DNA of 64,000 bases from Eledone cirrhosa. Its lineage: Eukaryota. A program made the translations under genes and the position numbers. The stretch is taken from contig OZ024742.1 in assembly GCA_964016885.1 (NCBI GenBank), positions 222,394,001 to 222,458,000 on the forward strand, written 5' to 3'. Shown one piece after another: positions 36,410 to 49,702 of this stretch. Each line of letters starts with the position of its first letter. The first letter of the stretch is position 1. The notes beneath the pieces were generated by a model that worked only from the letters and a program-made list of their open reading frames with translations, made no database searches and was not told the DNA's origin.

Positions 36410-38217
36410 TTGAACATATATGTATCTGTGGAATGCTCAGCCACTTATGATATAATTGTTTCTACTTTTGGCACAAGGCCAGCAATTACCCTAGTGCATT
36501 GCTGGTATTTGATGAAAGGCAAAATTAACCTTGGTGAGATTTGAACTCAGACTGTAAAGGGATGTAACTCTATGCTACAAAGCATGGCATCTGACCCTCT
36601 ACTGAGACTGTACCTGTAATTCAGTCACACACTGTATCACACAAAATCTCCTTAAGAACTATGTAAATGGTATGTGTTTGTAGAATGCTCAGTCATTTGA
36701 TCAGTAAATTTCTCAAGCAGTTTGTTCCATTGACCAAACATTGGAACACTTGCCATCAGAACTAACAGACGTTCAACACGCAGCACAGGTGAAGGGTAGA
36801 CACATTAACAAGACAGCTGCTAATTAACTATTGTTTTGTATAAATATCTTGTGGTATTAGTTCTGCCTGAGTTCGATAAATACTCTCTTGTCTCCCTACC
36901 CTATCACCATTGGAAACACTGTGAACCAGTAATTACTCCATTGCAAAGCTGTAACCTGGTTACTGGTTACAATATGATATATAAAAACAAAACTTAGTGA
37001 AACAGAGAGAGAGGAGAGCATTGAGTGAGAGAGACCGAGAGGGAGGTGGCAATGAGTAAGCGAGACAGAAGGGGGGGGGGGTGAGATAGGCAGAGAGAGG
37101 AGCAATGAGGGAAGATGAGAGAGAAAAAGAGAGGGGCTGAGAGTGATGCAGTCATAAGAAAAGAATAGAGATAGAGAGTAAATAAGAAGAAAAACAGTGG
37201 GAGAGAAGAGAAAGATAGCCAGGTAAAAGAGATAGTCAAAGAGAGGGTGGAGAGAGAAAGACAGATAAATGTGAAAGAGGGGGAGAAAGAGAGAGAACCA
37301 ACTGCCATTTAAATGTCTACTGTGTTTAGTTAAAATATACTTAGAAAGATAAGCTTATCTTTTACATAAAATCAAATATATCTGTTTAAAAACCATGTGT
37401 GGTGTGGTGTGGTGGAATGACCTTGAGTGTCATGTGGTGGAATGACCTTGTGTAGTGTGGTGTGATGAAATGACCTTGTGTAGTGTGGTGTGATGAAATG
37501 ACCTTGAGTGTTGCAGTGTGTTAGAAAGACCTGCGGAATATGGAATATAAAATGGTTGTGTATTCCTGGTGATTATCTCACAACAAATAATATCTTTTTC
37601 AACCTCCTTCTCCTTATCTATTTCCACATGACCATTCACTATTTTTTTCAACTGTGACCATCTGACCTTTCCTTAAGGTGTTCCAACTGTGACCATCCAG
37701 TAGCATTACTATGATTTCCAATCAACAAACAGCTACCAATATTTCTGGCATATGTAGAGAGAAATTCTTTTGATAACCAAACCACCTGAAACTACCCCTT
37801 ATATGATACAAAAGTGTTTTGTTTTAAAGTATTTATATTTATCTAAAAACCTTCCTTCATAATTTTATGTAAGAACCTTTATTAAGTTATGTTCCAAACA
37901 CCAGCTTGAGAAGTTAGTTATTTTACTAAGTCTTTCCAAATCCTTGATTATTTTCTAAATTATTTAAAAATCATAGGTAGTGTCTTTTATTAGAATCATG
38001 GTAACACACAACAGCAACTTTATTCTAATTAATTATTAATCTCTATTATTGTATTAAGTACCCATTCTTGCATTCATCAATATTAAACATATGTGTGTGC
38101 CTGTGTCTATATTTAGTGTTTTTGTTGTCCTGTAACTTAGCAGTTTGGCAAAAAAAAATTTTTTAAAGTCAAATAAGTACCAATCTTGAAAAAAAAAAAA
38201 AGAAATACTAAAGATTA

Positions 38218-38360
38218 CCATATTTCCCGGCACCGAAGACGCTTCGTCCTCAAGGATGCACCCTGATTTTGAAAACCAAAAACTTGAAAAAAAAATAATA
38301 AAACAACCTTCGGCCTCCATGGTAGGAAAAAAATAGCGTCTTCAACTCCAGGAAATACAG
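38218..38360. mobile_element. pogo/Tc2-like MITE
   Basis: TA|ccatatttcccggcaccgaagacgc ... gcgtcttcaactccaggaaatacag|TA, with imperfect TIRs of about 25 bp. Confidence 0.6.
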
Positions 38361-38789
38361 TAACTAAATTCCTTCACGGTGGTGTCCAAGCATGGCCTCA
38401 GTCAAATTAGTAAAATCTGTAAAAAAATAAAAGTATATGTGTGGAGAGAAATGTTAGATTTACTAACATAAATATGGAAATGTGATAGTGTTATTTACAC
38501 ATGTGTCATGGTGTCTAGATCATTAAAACAATAATTAATACAATTAGAATTGGAATGAGAAATCAGGTGAACATCAGACATGTAAAATATTTTAATTAAC
38601 AGACCACTGTCTAATTATACTTTGATAACACATTCAATTTAAACAAGTAAACCTATCTAAATAGTTATTTAACCTTTTTTGGGATCATCCTCGAGCCTAT
38701 GATGGTGAGTGTTCCAGTTTTTCAATCAATGGAACAGCCTACTCATGAAATGAACATATGACTGAGTATTCCACATATATGTGCACCCT

Positions 38790-39022
38790 TTACATAATTA
38801 TCAGGGAGATTCAGTGTGGTACACTGTGTGACAAGGCTGAGCATTCCTCAGACCATTTCTGTAATTATAAAGGAGATTCAGTGTGGTACACTGTGTGACA
38901 TGGCTGAGCATTCTTCAAACCCTTTGTGTAATTATCAGGGAGATTCAGTGTGACAAGGCTGATCATTCCTCAGACATAATTATTAGGAAGATTCAGCATG
39001 ACACACTGTGTGACATGGCTAG
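38790..39022 (+). repeat. About four tandem 55-66-bp units
   Basis: taattatcagggagattcagtgtggtacactgtgtgacaaggctgagcattcctcagac repeated. Confidence 0.75.
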
Positions 39023-41791
39023 ACCTTTTAATTAGAGGTACAGTCCTTCGGAAAGGGCTTTCAAACAGTTTCTGTCTGCCCAGTTTCAACCTAAAACTGT
39101 GGTATAACACTTGCCCAAGAAGCCACACAGTGGGATTGAACCTGGGATCTAATGATTGCAAAATGAAATTCCTTTACCATCCACTGTAGTGTCCACTTGT
39201 AGCCATATTTCAAAATTAAATACACAGCCTGCATGACTTCATTAATTTTGAATGAAACAAGGAATTTGGAGAAATTTAGTGAGGTAGCTAGTGTCTTTTT
39301 ATTTGTTTTTGTTTTTTTGTTTTTTTTTTCTACTTTTTTTTTCATTATTAAGCTGGTTGTTTGGAACACAACTTCAAAGGTTTGCCCTGATTTTCAATAA
39401 TTTTCAAATAATCAAGAATTTGAAGAGAATTAGTAATATAATTGACTAAACTTTACATTATTAAGCTGGAACATAAATTAACAAAATTAACATGAAATTA
39501 TATCGATAAATGATATAAAGTAAGTATTAAACATGAACATATAAGTACAGGGGTCGTTATGACCAGCTAAGTCCCTCCAAGGCAGCAACCCAGCATAGTT
39601 ACATTGAAATAACTGAAACCAGTAAAAAGAATAAAAGGGGGGGATGGACACACACACATTCAAATGACTAACGTACTATCAAATGTTATAAATAACTTGT
39701 GAAAAATTTCAAAACAATTTGACAAACATGCCAATGTACGTAGTAGTTTTTATATAGGAAGTAATGTGATTTGGCAATGTTAAATATATACATTACAGTA
39801 TTTTAGTAAAGAAATCTTTTTTAGTTCAGTCATCCTCACTGACCTGTGTCTTAAATTACAACCCCAACAATGAGAAACCAAATGTTTAAACAATTTGATA
39901 CAACCCATGCAAAACCAGCTCTATTTTTAGAAAACAATATTGCCTATTTAAAAGGGTTCCTATCTTCAACATAATTTTATAGGAGAGCTTTGTGTTGATA
40001 CAAATATCTTAATAAAGAAATTATTATTTTCACTAAATCCCTAAATTCTTTATTAATTACATGTACAGTGAATCTTATTAGAAATATGTTAACAAAAGTG
40101 TTAAAATTTAACCCTTTCAATACCATATTTCTAATAACAACAAGCATTTTGACTCTTCAGTGGCTGTATTTATAGAGAAATACACTGTTTATGGAAAATA
40201 TTGAGAGATTTACTAAAATTATTATCTCATTATTCAGATGGGAAGTTATTGGTTTTAACAGAATTATGTTGGAAGATATAAATTTAATTAGGAATCCTTT
40301 AAAATGGTTGAGTTTGTTTCATAGAACCAGTGTTGGTTTTGACTGGGGTGATATCAAAAAGGTTAAGGTCATTTTCCTTGCTAAAGCAGGAATTAATTTT
40401 GTAATCCCTGTGAGAAGCTTCTCCATTTTGCCCTATTGTCTGCATTCCCCCTCATCAACTTCCTGGCTTTCGTTTCCTCCTACATCATTTTTAGTCATGT
40501 TTTTCTTGGTTTTCTACTTCTGTCCACACTGCCTATAATTTTCAAAATAATCCAGAATTTGGCGAGATTTTATGATATAGCTAACTTTCTCATTACTATG
40601 CTGGTGTTTGGAGCAATGTGTCTTGCATAAAATTGTGATGGAATGTTTTTAGATAAATATAAATACTTTAACCTTTTCTTGGCTATGTTTCTCATGAAAG
40701 ACACTAAATATAATTTTCAAATAATTTTGAAAATAATCAAGAATTTGGAAGGATTTTGTAATATAACTTTCTCATTATTAAGTTGGTGTTTGGAACATAA
40801 CTTAATGAAGCTTCTTACATTTAAATTATGATGGAATGGTTTTAGATAAATATAAATACTTTAAAACAAATAGCTTTGAATTGGAGAACTAGGGTTGGTT
40901 TCAGACAGTTTGACATCAGAAGGTTTAAATAGATGTTTTAAATTGACATTATTTATCTTCTAACAATACACTTCACAGGCAACATAGACCAGAGACTTTA
41001 GAACATAAGACAAAACGCCTTTTGGTATTAGTTCTGGCTCTTGGTTCAATGCCAACATTACTTTTTGTTCTTTGGGGGTTGATAAAATAAAGTACCATTC
41101 CCAGTTACTTTGGCAGGTTTGTTAGAGCAAAGAACAATATGCAGTCTTATCATGAAAAGCAATGTGAAAGAATAGAACATACAACCTTATGATCATGGTC
41201 CAACACTCTAACCACTTGGCTGTATTTACTGTTTGTTTATGTCCCATAACTTAGTAGTTAAACAAAAAGAGATCCATTAAATAAGTGCCCCAGCATGGCT
41301 GCAGTCAAATGACTGAAACCAGTAAAAGAGTACTAAAGTTGATACAATTAACTAGATCTCTTTAAGACAGTGCCCAACATGGCCACACTCTAATGACTGA
41401 AACAAGTAAAAGATTACTTGGGTTGATTTGATTGACTAAATCACTTCAAGACATTGCCCCAGCTTGACAACCAGCAAAAGAAAAGAATATAATGCAATTA
41501 AAAGAAAATGCCTTGACTTGTGGCTAGTATTTTTATTGTCATCATATTTCATTGAATCCCTTTGAAAGATAAAGTCACAACAAAACATTGACTTTATCAT
41601 TACTTTATCTAATAGTTGCTTTAATGTAATGAGTTGCCACTTCTATTGTAAGCTGATACAATCAGCCGGTTATAACTCCTGGCAGAAGAAGGTAGGATTT
41701 GAACTTAGAACACACAGAGTCGGATCATTCACCACAAACCATCTATCCTGTCCAATTCTTTTTAACAATAATGTCAATCCACCATCTCTAA

Positions 41792-41998
41792 CCCTTTAGC
41801 ATTTAAACCAGCTGTATCTGACCAGAATTCTCTCACATCTTTCTGTTCAAACTAGCTGTAACCGGACACTCATACTGATTTTGAGGTATTGTTCTCAAAA
41901 TAAATAACATCAAAATCTCATAGATTTGATATCATGTGAGATAAAGCCTTTACCACAAAAATACAGTAGTAAATATAGAGTAATATAATTGCTAAAGG
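41792..41998 (+). mobile_element. TTAA-type MITE
   Basis: ccctttagcatttaaacc ... tgctaaagg, homologous to 60214-60423. Confidence 0.7.
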
Positions 41999-43189
41999 TG
42001 TAGACTGGTATTTTATTTATCAAGGGAAAGAAGTAAGGCAAAGTTGACCTTGACAAGATTTGAACTCAGAATGCACAGAGCAAGATTAAATACTGAAAAA
42101 AAAAACGCATCCAGTCTAACTCTGTTTAACAATTCCACCAATCCACCCAAAAGGATTAAAGGCAAAAGTTCACTTCAGTGGAATTTGAACTCATACTGAG
42201 CCGGAACAAATACTGAGGCATTTAATATGATACCTCTAATGAGTGTCAATTTGCTGCTATAATTATTATTTCAGCAATCTATATTTCAAGATTCATTACC
42301 ATATATTACACTCCAGGGAATATTTTTTTTATTTCTGATTAAAATGTAACATCCCAGCTTGCAGCTAAAATATGAAGTTATGTTTCTATTAGCATCCATT
42401 TATAAAGACATATGTTATTGCCGACGGCTAAATCATTTCCCCATATATATATATGATGGTAGAATTGCAGTTCTCGTTCAGCTATTCCACAACTATTCAA
42501 GTGTTATTCATAAGAGAACATTAACAATAGTTTTTTTGGTTTTTATTTTTCCCCAAACTTGAATTTGTTTCAGCTGGTGTCAGTTTGACCTCATGAATTT
42601 CTATATTTAAATTACTCTTTATACTCTATTTTACAAGAGCCAGCTGTATATTCTTACTATATTCTTCTGTATTTCTGCCATATGAAGTGAGTGAAGTGTT
42701 TATACGGTTTCACACCATAACTAACAGATTCACCTTTTACCCAACAACTTTATTCTTGGCACTTTCACTGGCCAGCATGGAAAGCAGACATAAAATGATG
42801 ATAATAACTTTAGTTGTACAGCTTTATATGTCCATTTGTGGCTGTATTAAAAGGTTTGCTTTGCCACCACAGAGTTCTCGGTTCAATCCCATTATGTGGC
42901 ATCATAGGCAGGAGTCTTTACCAGAGCATCTGATCAACTCAATCCTCATGAGGAAACTGTATAGAAGCCTATCTGATGCACTGTACTTGTAAATCAAAGG
43001 TACATCTTTGTCATATTGTGTCATGCTGATTTTGCCTAGGGATTTTATTAAGGATACACATAACTATGGAATACTCAGCCACTCACAGTTAATTTAATAA
43101 GTAGGATAGTTCAGTTGATCAATGAATTGCAACATTCATCATCAAAACCAACAGAAAATCTATAAGCTATTATTATTAAATTAAATACT

Positions 43190-43288
43190 TTAAAGGTTAA
43201 CTTTGCCTTTCATCCATACGGGGTCGATAAAATAAAGTACCAGTAATACACTGGAATAATTGCTGGCCTTGTGCCTAAAGTAGAAACA
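43190..43288 (+). mobile_element. 5'-truncated family B SINE with 20-bp TSD
   Basis: attattaaattaaatacttt on both sides. Confidence 0.8.
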
Positions 43289-43299
43289 ATTATTAAATT

Positions 43300-44200
43300 A
43301 AATACTTTGTTCAATCTGAGGTTGGGGTTTTTCCTTTCCACACACACATGGGGATCTCAACTGTACTTTGTCGTCCTAACCAATGTCCTTGCAAATTCTC
43401 ATTCAGATAAACTCACACATCTTGGTGATAGTGATAGTGTGCAAGTGCACTGACTTGTTGAAAGAGAAATTCATCATTTCCATTAAGTCTATGTATGGCA
43501 AGTAAGATGGATGTGCAAAGCATGTCTAGGTACGCTTGACCAGTAGCAGTACCTTCAAAGAAAACTGGTCCTATTAAACCTCTTGATAACACTCCACTCC
43601 AGACATTAACCCCCAGTAAATTGATTGCTTTATTCACATGTACATAAGGATTTTCTGGTGACCAGTATACACAATTATGTTGGTTAACTGTTCCATTTAG
43701 TTTAAATTGTGCTTCATCAGACCACACAATCTTCCTCACCACCTCTTCATCCTCATCTACCATGTGTTGAAACCACTCACAAGACTGAATTCTTTGATTC
43801 GGATCATCTTTAATTGCATGTAATAATCTTGGGCTGTAATCGTTCCACTTAGTTCTTTTAAGATAGCCATATGTTTGTACTGTTTACTCTTATCTTACAT
43901 GTACATTGTGTGGTAGACTTCTGTGGTGAATATACGCCATAGTTGAGGAAGCAACACTTGTTGCTGTACAACATCTGCCAGATTTTCCTTTATATACATC
44001 ATAAATAGTAACCGTGTGTTTCGAACATATCACGAATCTGTGAAATTGTCAGGTGTGTTGGAGGTTTTGTTCCAAAGTCACATTTTCATTATTGTTGGAC
44101 TTCAATGACACTCTCAAATTTTAAATACCACTTTAAAATGATCTTACGTTCTTCAATCAACAACTGTATCTCTGCTATTTTGTCACTGTTGTAGATGTCA
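43300..44200 (-). pseudogene. Decayed Tc1/mariner transposase (DD41D/rosa-like, DUF4817-type N-terminus)
   Basis: ORF 43413-43763 has WSDEAQFKLNGTVNQHNCVYW..NP..VW.G...IGP.FF..YLDML..FQQ. Upstream broken frames read EERKIILKWYLKFESVIEVQ and KPPT..TI..IRDMFETHG. The second Asp is mutated and the third-Asp region appears deleted. Confidence 0.8.
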
Positions 44201-44394
44201 CTTGTTGATCCTACAGTCATGAGGGTAACACCATCTGTTGAGAAAACATCATACTACAGTACACAATGTTATCCTAATTTGATCAAACTTTGAAAGAAGT
44301 ATTTATGTTTAAAGAGGTATTTAAACAAGTTAGATATTTATACAAGTTTTTTTTTCTTTTGCTGAAGTGTTTATACAATTTTTTGGTGGACTCA

Positions 44395-44469
44395 TATATA
44401 CATACATATATACATACATATATATATACATATATACATACATATATATATACATACATATATATACAC

Positions 44470-44518
<49 letters not shown>

Positions 44519-44772
44519 CATATATATATACATACATATATATATACACATATATATACATATATACATATATATATACATATATATATATACATATATA
44601 CATATATATATACATATATATATATACATATATATATACATATATATATACATATATATATACATACATATATATACATATATATATACATACATATATA
44701 TACATATATATATATTTATACATATATACATACATATATACATACATACATTATATATATATATATATATAT
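44395..44772. repeat. (TA)n/(TACA)n microsatellite
   Basis: Continuous low-complexity tract. Confidence 0.95.
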
Positions 44773-45098
44773 GGAGGCACATGGCTTAGTGGTTAGAGCA
44801 TTGGCCTTGCAATCTCAGACTGGGTGATGTGTTGTTTCCTTGAGCAAGACACTTTATTTTACATTGCTCCAGTTACTCAGCTGTAGAAATGAGTGAGATG
44901 ATAGGGACCCCAGTCCCTATCATCTCATTTCACTGCAAAGTGGTCGTGGAGGTGCCACGGAAAAAAAGCACCTAGCACTCACTGTAAATGAGGTTGGTGT
45001 TAGGAAGGGCATCCAGCTGTAGAAATCAAGCCAGAATCAGTTCCCGTCCCACATTTGCAAGCAGGGAAAAGTGGATGTAAAATGATGATGATGATGAT
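44773..45098 (+). mobile_element. SINE family A (B box deleted, internal hairpin rearranged)
   Basis: Homologous to 47037-47381, with gcaatc joined directly to tcagac. Confidence 0.9.
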
Positions 45099-45172
45099 AT
45101 ATATATATATAGAGAGAGAATTTTATTTCTCGCTCCAGCACAGCTGATACATAAATGTAAGTATGCACACAT

Positions 45173-45218
<46 letters not shown>

Positions 45219-45858
45219 ACACACACATATATACATAAACATATGTATGTATGGGTTACATCAAACATTAATAATAATGTTCGATTTGTTTGTAAACAAA
45301 CGGCCCAATTAAGCTGTGCTGTGCTCGTTACCGATTGTCACCTGTTTGTTCAACACTGGCTTTGAGGAACAATCAACATGTTTCTGGGACTGTATACCTC
45401 TGCCAGTCTGTTGAATGGTTGAAAATATATAGTATTTTCTTACACATGTATAATATATATATATCAGACAGTCCTATACGAGCAAGACAACAAATCTTGC
45501 CTCAAGTGGGAAAATTCCCGTCCAAACCCATGCGAGCGTGGAAGATGGACGTTAAACGATGATGATGATTATATATATATATATATATATATATAGTTAT
45601 GTAATAAACAACATAAGGCAATTATTTCATTTACCAGTGGTTTCTTAAAAGCAAACAAATTTTGCTTTCAATCATCAGAATGAAAAAATCCTGGTGTATT
45701 TATTGGAATTGGATTTTAAAAACAAAAATATAATCTATATGAAAGTGAGGCTGGAAAAGGAAGAAGGAAAGGAAAAATAAACACACATGCACACACACAA
45801 TTACATACACACACATATATATACACATACATACACATACACACATATATATGTATAT

Positions 45859-46025
45859 ATATTAATAAGAGGAATTCCAACTTTGTCTGATTTACTCGTT
45901 TTATTTACAATCCTTTAAAATATATATAATGGTATTATAGGATTGTAAATAAAACGAGTAAATCAGACAAAGTTGGAATTCCTCTTATTAATATAATCTT
46001 CTATACACAATCATACACACCCGTG
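45859..46025. mobile_element. Hairpin-plus-tail insertion in (TA)n, probable Penelope-like relic
   Basis: Perfect inverted repeat of about 56 bp (atattaataagaggaattccaactttgtctgatttactcgttttatttacaatcct and its reverse complement), then a one-sided tail of about 30 nt. Confidence 0.55.
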
Positions 46026-46045
46026 TATATTTACCTATCTATATC

Positions 46046-46085
<40 letters not shown>

Positions 46086-46088
<3 letters not shown>

Positions 46089-47026
46089 CCACAGGAAACA
46101 AGTACCACCAATCTCTGGGAGGGCCCTGTAGAAACAGTAGACAGCTTCTGCTACCTAGGTGACAGAATTAGCAACGGAGGTGGGTGCTCAGAAAGTACAA
46201 TAACTAGGGTAAGAACGGGATGGAAGAAGTTTAGGGAACTACTACCACTGCTAGCTGCAAAAGGCTTCTCCCTCAGAATTAAAGGCAGACTGTATGATGC
46301 GTGTATCAGAACAGCGATGTTGCATGGTAGTGAGACCTGGGCGCTGAAGGTGGAAGACTTACGTAGATTAGAGAGAAACGAAGCCTGCATGCTCCGATGG
46401 ATGTGTAACAGTAATATACGTGAACGACAAAGCATAAAGGAATTGAGAGAGAGACTGAGCATAAGAGGAATCAAATGCTGCGTGCAGGAGAGGCGGTTAC
46501 GCTGGTATGGACATGTGATGCGTATGAAGGATGACAGCTGCATAAAAAGGTGCAGAGCACTAGAAGTTGATGGAAACCGCGGAGTGGGGAGACCCAAGAT
46601 GACTTGGGATGAGGTGATAAAAGCCGACCTTACCCAACTACACCTCTCAAAGACAATGACACACGACCGTGACTTCTGGCGTCACGCAGTAATACAGGGT
46701 ACCCGACCTCCCATGGGTACATGCTGAAGCATATAAACAATATGCCCCCACTCCCCCCACCGCAAGGTGGTCGTGGAGGTGCCACGGCAAAAAAGCACCC
46801 AGCCCACACTGTAAAGTGGACGTGTAGGCGCCACGAAAAAGCACCCAGCACTCACTGTAAATGAGGTTGGTGTTAGGAAGGGCATCCAGCTGTAGAAATC
46901 AAGCCAGATCAGTTCCTGTATGAGCAAGGCATGGTCAGCCGACCAGACACTGCCCACAACAGGACAACCCGTCTAACCCATGCTAGCGTGGAAGAACGGA
47001 CGTAAAACGGTGATGATGATGATGAT
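46086..47026 (+). mobile_element. 5'-truncated RTE LINE (second family) with a SINE-like 3' UTR
   Basis: Uninterrupted frame to 46727 (FCYLG, HGSETW, RLRWYGHVMR, GRPKMTW). It is followed by the family A SINE middle segment, aggaagggcatccagctgtagaa, a second RTE-type end and (GAT)n. Confidence 0.9.
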
Positions 47027-47036
47027 ACATACACAT

Positions 47037-47381
47037 GGAGGCACATGGCTTAGTGGTTAGAGCATTGGGCTTGCAATCGAAAGGTTGTGAGTTCAATTCT
47101 CAGACCGGGTGATGTGTTGTTTCCTTGAGCAAGACACTTTATTTCACATTGCTCTAGTTTACTCAGCTGTAGAAATGAGATGATAGGGACTGGGGTCCCT
47201 ATCATTCCACTGCAAAGTGGTCGTGGAGGTGCCACAGCAAAAAAGCACCCAGCACTCACTGTAAATGAGGTTGGTGTTAGGAAGGGCATCCAGCTGTAGA
47301 AATCAAGCCAGAATCAGTTCCCATCCCACCCTTGCAAGTAGGGAAAAAGCAGACGTAAAATGATGATGAAATGATGATGAT
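47037..47381 (+). mobile_element. SINE family A, full length
   Basis: A and B boxes, CORE-like segment, hairpin, 47-bp unit, RTE 3' end and (GAT)n. Confidence 0.92.
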
Positions 47382-47686
47382 ACACATACATATCAACATA
47401 TCCATACATACACATACACACAAATACACAAACACGCACATATATATATATAATATACATATTTATAATATGTATATATATGTAGATTCCCAAGTTGTGT
47501 CAGGGGGTAACCACAGTTAAAAAAGGTATTCAACACATTGGTAGAATATAGGCATCTTTATTATAGATGATTTCATATGAATGAACAGTTCTAGTGCTAA
47601 AGAAGTCATTTCTATATATATAATAAACATATATCTATATTATATAAGGATTTTCTGCTCTATGGTTAAGCTTTTACTATTTTGAT

Positions 47687-48410
47687 GGCAGACTGTATGA
47701 CACATGCATACGAACGGCAATGTTCCATGGTAGTGAGACCTGGGCGCTGTGTGTAGAAGATTTGTGTAGATTGGAAAGAAATGAAGCTTGCATGCTCTGA
47801 TGGATGTGTAATAGTAACATATGTGAACGGCAAAGCATAAACAAACTGAGAGAAACTAGGCATAAGAGGTATCAAATGTTGTATGCAAGAGAGGAGATTG
47901 CATTGGTACAGACATGTGATGCATATGAAGCATGACAGCTGTATAAAAAGGTACAGGGCGATCAAAGTTGATGGAAGCTATGGTGTAAGAAGACCTAGGA
48001 AGACTTGGGATGAGGTGATAAAAGCTGACCTTGCCCAATTGCACCTCTCAAAGGCGATGTCACAGGACCAAGATCTCTGGTGTTATGCAGTAATACAGAA
48101 AACCTGACTTCCCACAGGCACAGGCCAAAGCTGAAGCACACACAGTATGCCCCTCCCCCTCTTCCACCACCACCCTCCACACTCCCACTGTAAAGCTATT
48201 GCGTACATGTCACGACAAAAAGCATCCAGTACTCCTGTAAATGAGGTTGGCGTTAGGAAGAGCATCCAGCTGTAGGAACCAAGCCAAAATCAGTTCTGCA
48301 TGAACAAGACATGGTCACTTAACCTAGCATTACCCACAACAGGGCAACTCGTCTAACCCATGCTAGTGTGGAAAATGGATGTAAAACCATGATGATGATG
48401 ATGATGATGA
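47687..48410 (+). mobile_element. Older copy of the second RTE family with the same SINE-like 3' UTR
   Basis: Colinear with 46283-47026, with stops and frameshifts (MQERRLHWYRHVMHMK...RPRKTW). Confidence 0.85.
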
Positions 48411-48629
48411 TATATATATATATATATATATCGTTTCTGAATTTGTTTAGCAAGATTCTTTATCTGAAATCGTGGGTTGAAACCGATATTGTTATACTTT
48501 GGGAGGGTCATGTTGCCAATAAGAAACACACGCACCAGTTGCTTTCACTTCAATTTATTATAATAAATTTATAAATTATGTTGATTTTGGTATAGTCCGA
48601 AACGGCCGAGTTTCGGTGGATCAGATGGT

Positions 48630-49502
48630 ATGGTCCGAAACTCGGCCGTTTCGGACCATACCAAAATCAACATACTGATTGCGTATTTGGTACGGGTGAT
48701 GAGAAATGTGTCCCGCATGTGCAGCCCCGAAGAACTAGAGAGACACATACAACACTTCATCCACCGTATGCAGTTCTCTGGCTACAATCAGAGAGATAAA
48801 ATCAGAGTGTATAGAGGAGCCAGAACCAAATGGGAAAAAATGGTAAATAATGACATAAATGGGACCTGCCCCTTGTATAGGAGCAAATTTTGGAATAGAA
48901 TAGAAAGAACTAGGAACAAGGCTAATAGAATAAACTCATGGTATGATAGCAATAAATACCAGAGTGTAATGTTCATCGATACAACCCCTAGAGGTGAATT
49001 AGCTTACAAATTTAGAAGGGCCCTAAATAAACATAAACTCAATATTAAGATAGTAGAAAGACCAGGTACCTCCGTAAAAACACTTATTAGCAAGACATAC
49101 CCTTTTCAAAGACCCTCATGTATAGATAAGAAATGTATAACCTGTAAAATAAGCCCCCATATTAACTGTAAAACTAGAAATGTAGTGTATAGCATAAGAT
49201 GTACTGAAGGACAATGTAGAGACAAAAATATAGTGTACATAGGTGAGACAGCTCGTAGTGTAGGGGAACGGATAAATGAACACTGGCGAGACCTTCAAGA
49301 TAGTAAAGAATCATCTGTACTCTACCAACATGCTAAAATAGAACACAAGGGTAAATTAGAGAACATAGAAATAAAAATAGAATCTACACACAGAAAAGAC
49401 GCAATGTTTAGACAAATTACAGAGGCAATAAACATAAAAAAATTACAACCAAAATTAAATAGAAAATATGAGTGGAACAGCAACATCACAACTTACAATT
49501 AA
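48630..49502 (+). CDS. Penelope-like ORF C-terminal part: RT thumb, Cys-rich linker and GIY-YIG endonuclease (5'-truncated, start not native)
   Basis: SGY thumb motif, linker CIDKKCITC...C, NVVYSIRC...YIGETARSVGERINEH, LYQH, RQITEAINI, PKLN. The frame is uninterrupted for 290 aa. Confidence 0.88.
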   Translation: MVRNSAVSDHTKINILIAYLVRVMRNVSRMCSPEELERHIQHFIHRMQFSGYNQRDKIRVYRGARTKWEKMVNNDINGTCPLYRSKFWNRIERTRNKANRINSWYDSNKYQSVMFIDTTPRGELAYKFRRALNKHKLNIKIVERPGTSVKTLISKTYPFQRPSCIDKKCITCKISPHINCKTRNVVYSIRCTEGQCRDKNIVYIGETARSVGERINEHWRDLQDSKESSVLYQHAKIEHKGKLENIEIKIESTHRKDAMFRQITEAINIKKLQPKLNRKYEWNSNITTYN

Positions 49503-49702
49503 GGACAAAATGAAAACACACACACACATAGAACAAACAACCAACCAGTAACATGTAAATAAACAAATAAATAAATGAACATAAACACACACAGACACCC
49601 GGATGTGGCGCATGCGCAGACTGAGCACACAACACACACACAGAAACAAAATGGCGTAGGACAGAACAAAGGAGAGGCACAGAAACAAAGAAAGGAATCC
49701 CC

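Noticed and set aside
36896-36960. Minus-strand peptide QVTALQWSNYWFTVFPMVIG as a possible exon
   Set aside because: Splice signals are weak and the peptide is not recognised.
44283-44796. Long YI/YT/MY ORFs (also 692-1113, 3679-4386, 14331-14889)
   Set aside because: These are translations of (TA)n/(CA)n microsatellites, open in several frames on both strands.
47037-47110. tRNA-like sequences with A and B boxes (also 2150-2223, 3368-3440, 9294-9360)
   Set aside because: They continue into SINE bodies and tails and lack a convincing acceptor stem, so they are SINE heads and not tRNA genes.
47050-47289. Recurrent ORF MPFLTPTSFTVSAG...QCSNH (also 2013, 4374, 9299)
   Set aside because: It is the antisense reading of SINE family A, and its recurrence reflects copy number, not a gene family.
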